Assembly (NCBI GenBank): GCA_002189035.1
Contig: CM007990.1
Location: forward strand, 1,178,001 to 1,242,000
DNA: 64,000 nucleotides
Direction: 5' to 3'
DNA from: Utricularia gibba
Lineage: Eukaryota; Plantae; Magnoliophyta
Shown: piece by piece, positions 62,592 through 64,000 of the stretch
Numbering within the stretch: position 1 is the stretch's first letter
Layout: the number at the start of each line of letters is the position of its first letter
Notes under the pieces: generated by a model
Database searches by the model: none
Told to the model about the DNA's origin: nothing
The model's input: only the letters and a program-made list of their open reading frames with translations
Made by a program: the position numbers and the translations under genes

Positions 62592-63613
62592 TCATGGCGA
62601 ATTGGCATTGACGGCATCGGAAAAATGACTGGAGCTTGGGGATCTTTTGCCTTCCTTGGACCACAGCCATATCTTGGAAACGGAGAAGCTCTCACCTTTG
62701 GCCCCGATCTTGATCCTCTTTCCATCTGCTTCAGCATTACTCTCGTCTGCGTCTAGATTCCGGATTTGCCCACTTCTCACTTTCACAGGCCTCACATCAC
62801 TGACCCCATCCACATTTTCTAGATCTCCTCCACCTCTTCTACTACTCGGGCAAAACGCGACCTGCAGGTCCAAATCATCCACCACATACTGAAATGATCC
62901 CATTGAGTAGCACCTTCTGGCGTCCAAATCGCTGCTGCTGCTCCCCCTGCTTCGCTTTCTCTAATCTGGTTGCTGTTGGAAGTGTTCGTGCTCCGGAACT
63001 TGCCCAGTCTCACTGAAAACACCCTTTTCTCGCTGATAGCAGCACCGTTCTCCTCCTCCTCACGCCTAGGCACGCAGGGGATCCTGAAGGAGCTGGCAGC
63101 ACTTCTGAAGCTCCCATCCTCGTTCTCCTTGGCATCTTGCGCAAGGAAAAGGGGATTCTCGAAAGAGAACTCCGGCGAGAAAATGACCCCCCTGCAGAGA
63201 GGACATGTTGAATTGGAAAGCAGCCATGTGTCGATGCAATCGATGTGGAAGGCGTGGCTGCAAAGGGGAAGCAACCTCAGCTTATCCATTTCTGCGAATT
63301 CACACAAACAGACCGCACAATCGAAAGGCTCCTTGGAACCCACAATATCCTTGTACATAAACACTGGGAGTGCATCAATATAGGCCTGATCTAAACCAGA
63401 ATCATGAAGGTGAAAAAGCTGCTGCAACTGCCTTTGAAAAGGACCGGAAGACATCTCCGGGAAGCGATGAGACTGCATAGATCTCTGCTTCAGAAGCAGT
63501 CGTATGAGCAAATGCATAAGGGCGACCACAAAAAGCAAAACCGCAGAAAGCACAATCACAAACAGAATCACGGGACTGACTCTGCTCCCAAATATCGACT
63601 GAATCCACGACAT
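62592..63613 (-). CDS. RING-H2 E3 ubiquitin ligase, ATL46/47-like, intronless, with an apparent 1-bp frameshift at ~62945
   Basis: TM helix, GLD motif (DSGLDQAYIDALP) and RING-H2 CAVC..CSHAFHIDC..CPLC. The family C-terminal motifs DARRCYSMGS and ESFSVSKIWLWSK lie in the adjacent frame. Confidence 0.92.
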
Positions 63614-64000
63614 GATCCCTTCAACTTCACTCCCAATTCAAACCCACCCACCAAAACCCAGATGGGAAATCAGCTCCCTCACCTGAAATTACCCCGATCG
63701 GGCTGAAACAAGCATTGATTCCGAAGTGGGGTGAACCAGATTTCCTCCACACCATATCCCCTGTACCAGAATCAAGCAATTCAAGAAACTAAAGCGGGCT
63801 TGGGCGCCGCACGACTTGATTTTCAGGGTCCCCTAAAAAAGGGTACGTGGAGTAAAACCCCAGACTGTAAAAGGGAATTTGGACAGTGAAGCTGAAAGAA
63901 AGAAAAAAGCAGGAGATCTGGTGTAAGAGTTAAGAGCGTACACCTGCTGCCATTACACTGAATCCCGGAAATTAAAAATCCCCACCATCCCACAGTGTTT

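Noticed and set aside
1-64000. Many 60-140 aa ORFs antisense to or overlapping real exons; tRNA, rRNA and conserved miRNA genes
   Set aside because: The ORFs are shadow frames of GC-rich exons without independent motifs. I recognised no tRNA, rRNA or conserved miRNA by eye; a covariance-model scan would be needed to exclude them.

Overview
Gene-dense plant nuclear DNA from a eudicot with a compact genome: many 60-100 bp introns, and GC-rich exons separated by very AT-rich spacers. An asterid origin is an inference from MADS similarity. About 21 genes, in order: STE20-type kinase (5' part only), EMB8-like alpha/beta hydrolase, DCI1, a tandem array of four FLC-clade MIKC MADS genes (5.9-18.9 kb), cytokinin receptor AHK3, a 141-bp satellite, LRR-RLK, PPR, ankyrin protein, BAHD acyltransferase, CCT5, SUFE2, a small CxCSPTxH protein, MENG, PPR, PANK1, a small single-pass membrane protein, a KUP/HAK transporter and a RING-H2 ATL ligase. 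The most interesting system is the FLC-like quartet. All four paralogs end in an [L/I]DLNxxP EAR-type repression motif. They differ in intron-1 size, GC splice donors and a frame-preserving loss of exon 3 in copy 2. Copy 4 lies downstream of a tandem repeat carrying six exact TGTACGGTC (SBP/SPL-type) sites next to TCP sites, with related sites at copies 2 and 3. DCI1 and the ATL gene each carry a 1-bp deletion in a G run, more likely consensus error than biology. All calls come from manual reading of the sequence and the ORF track; no database search was run.
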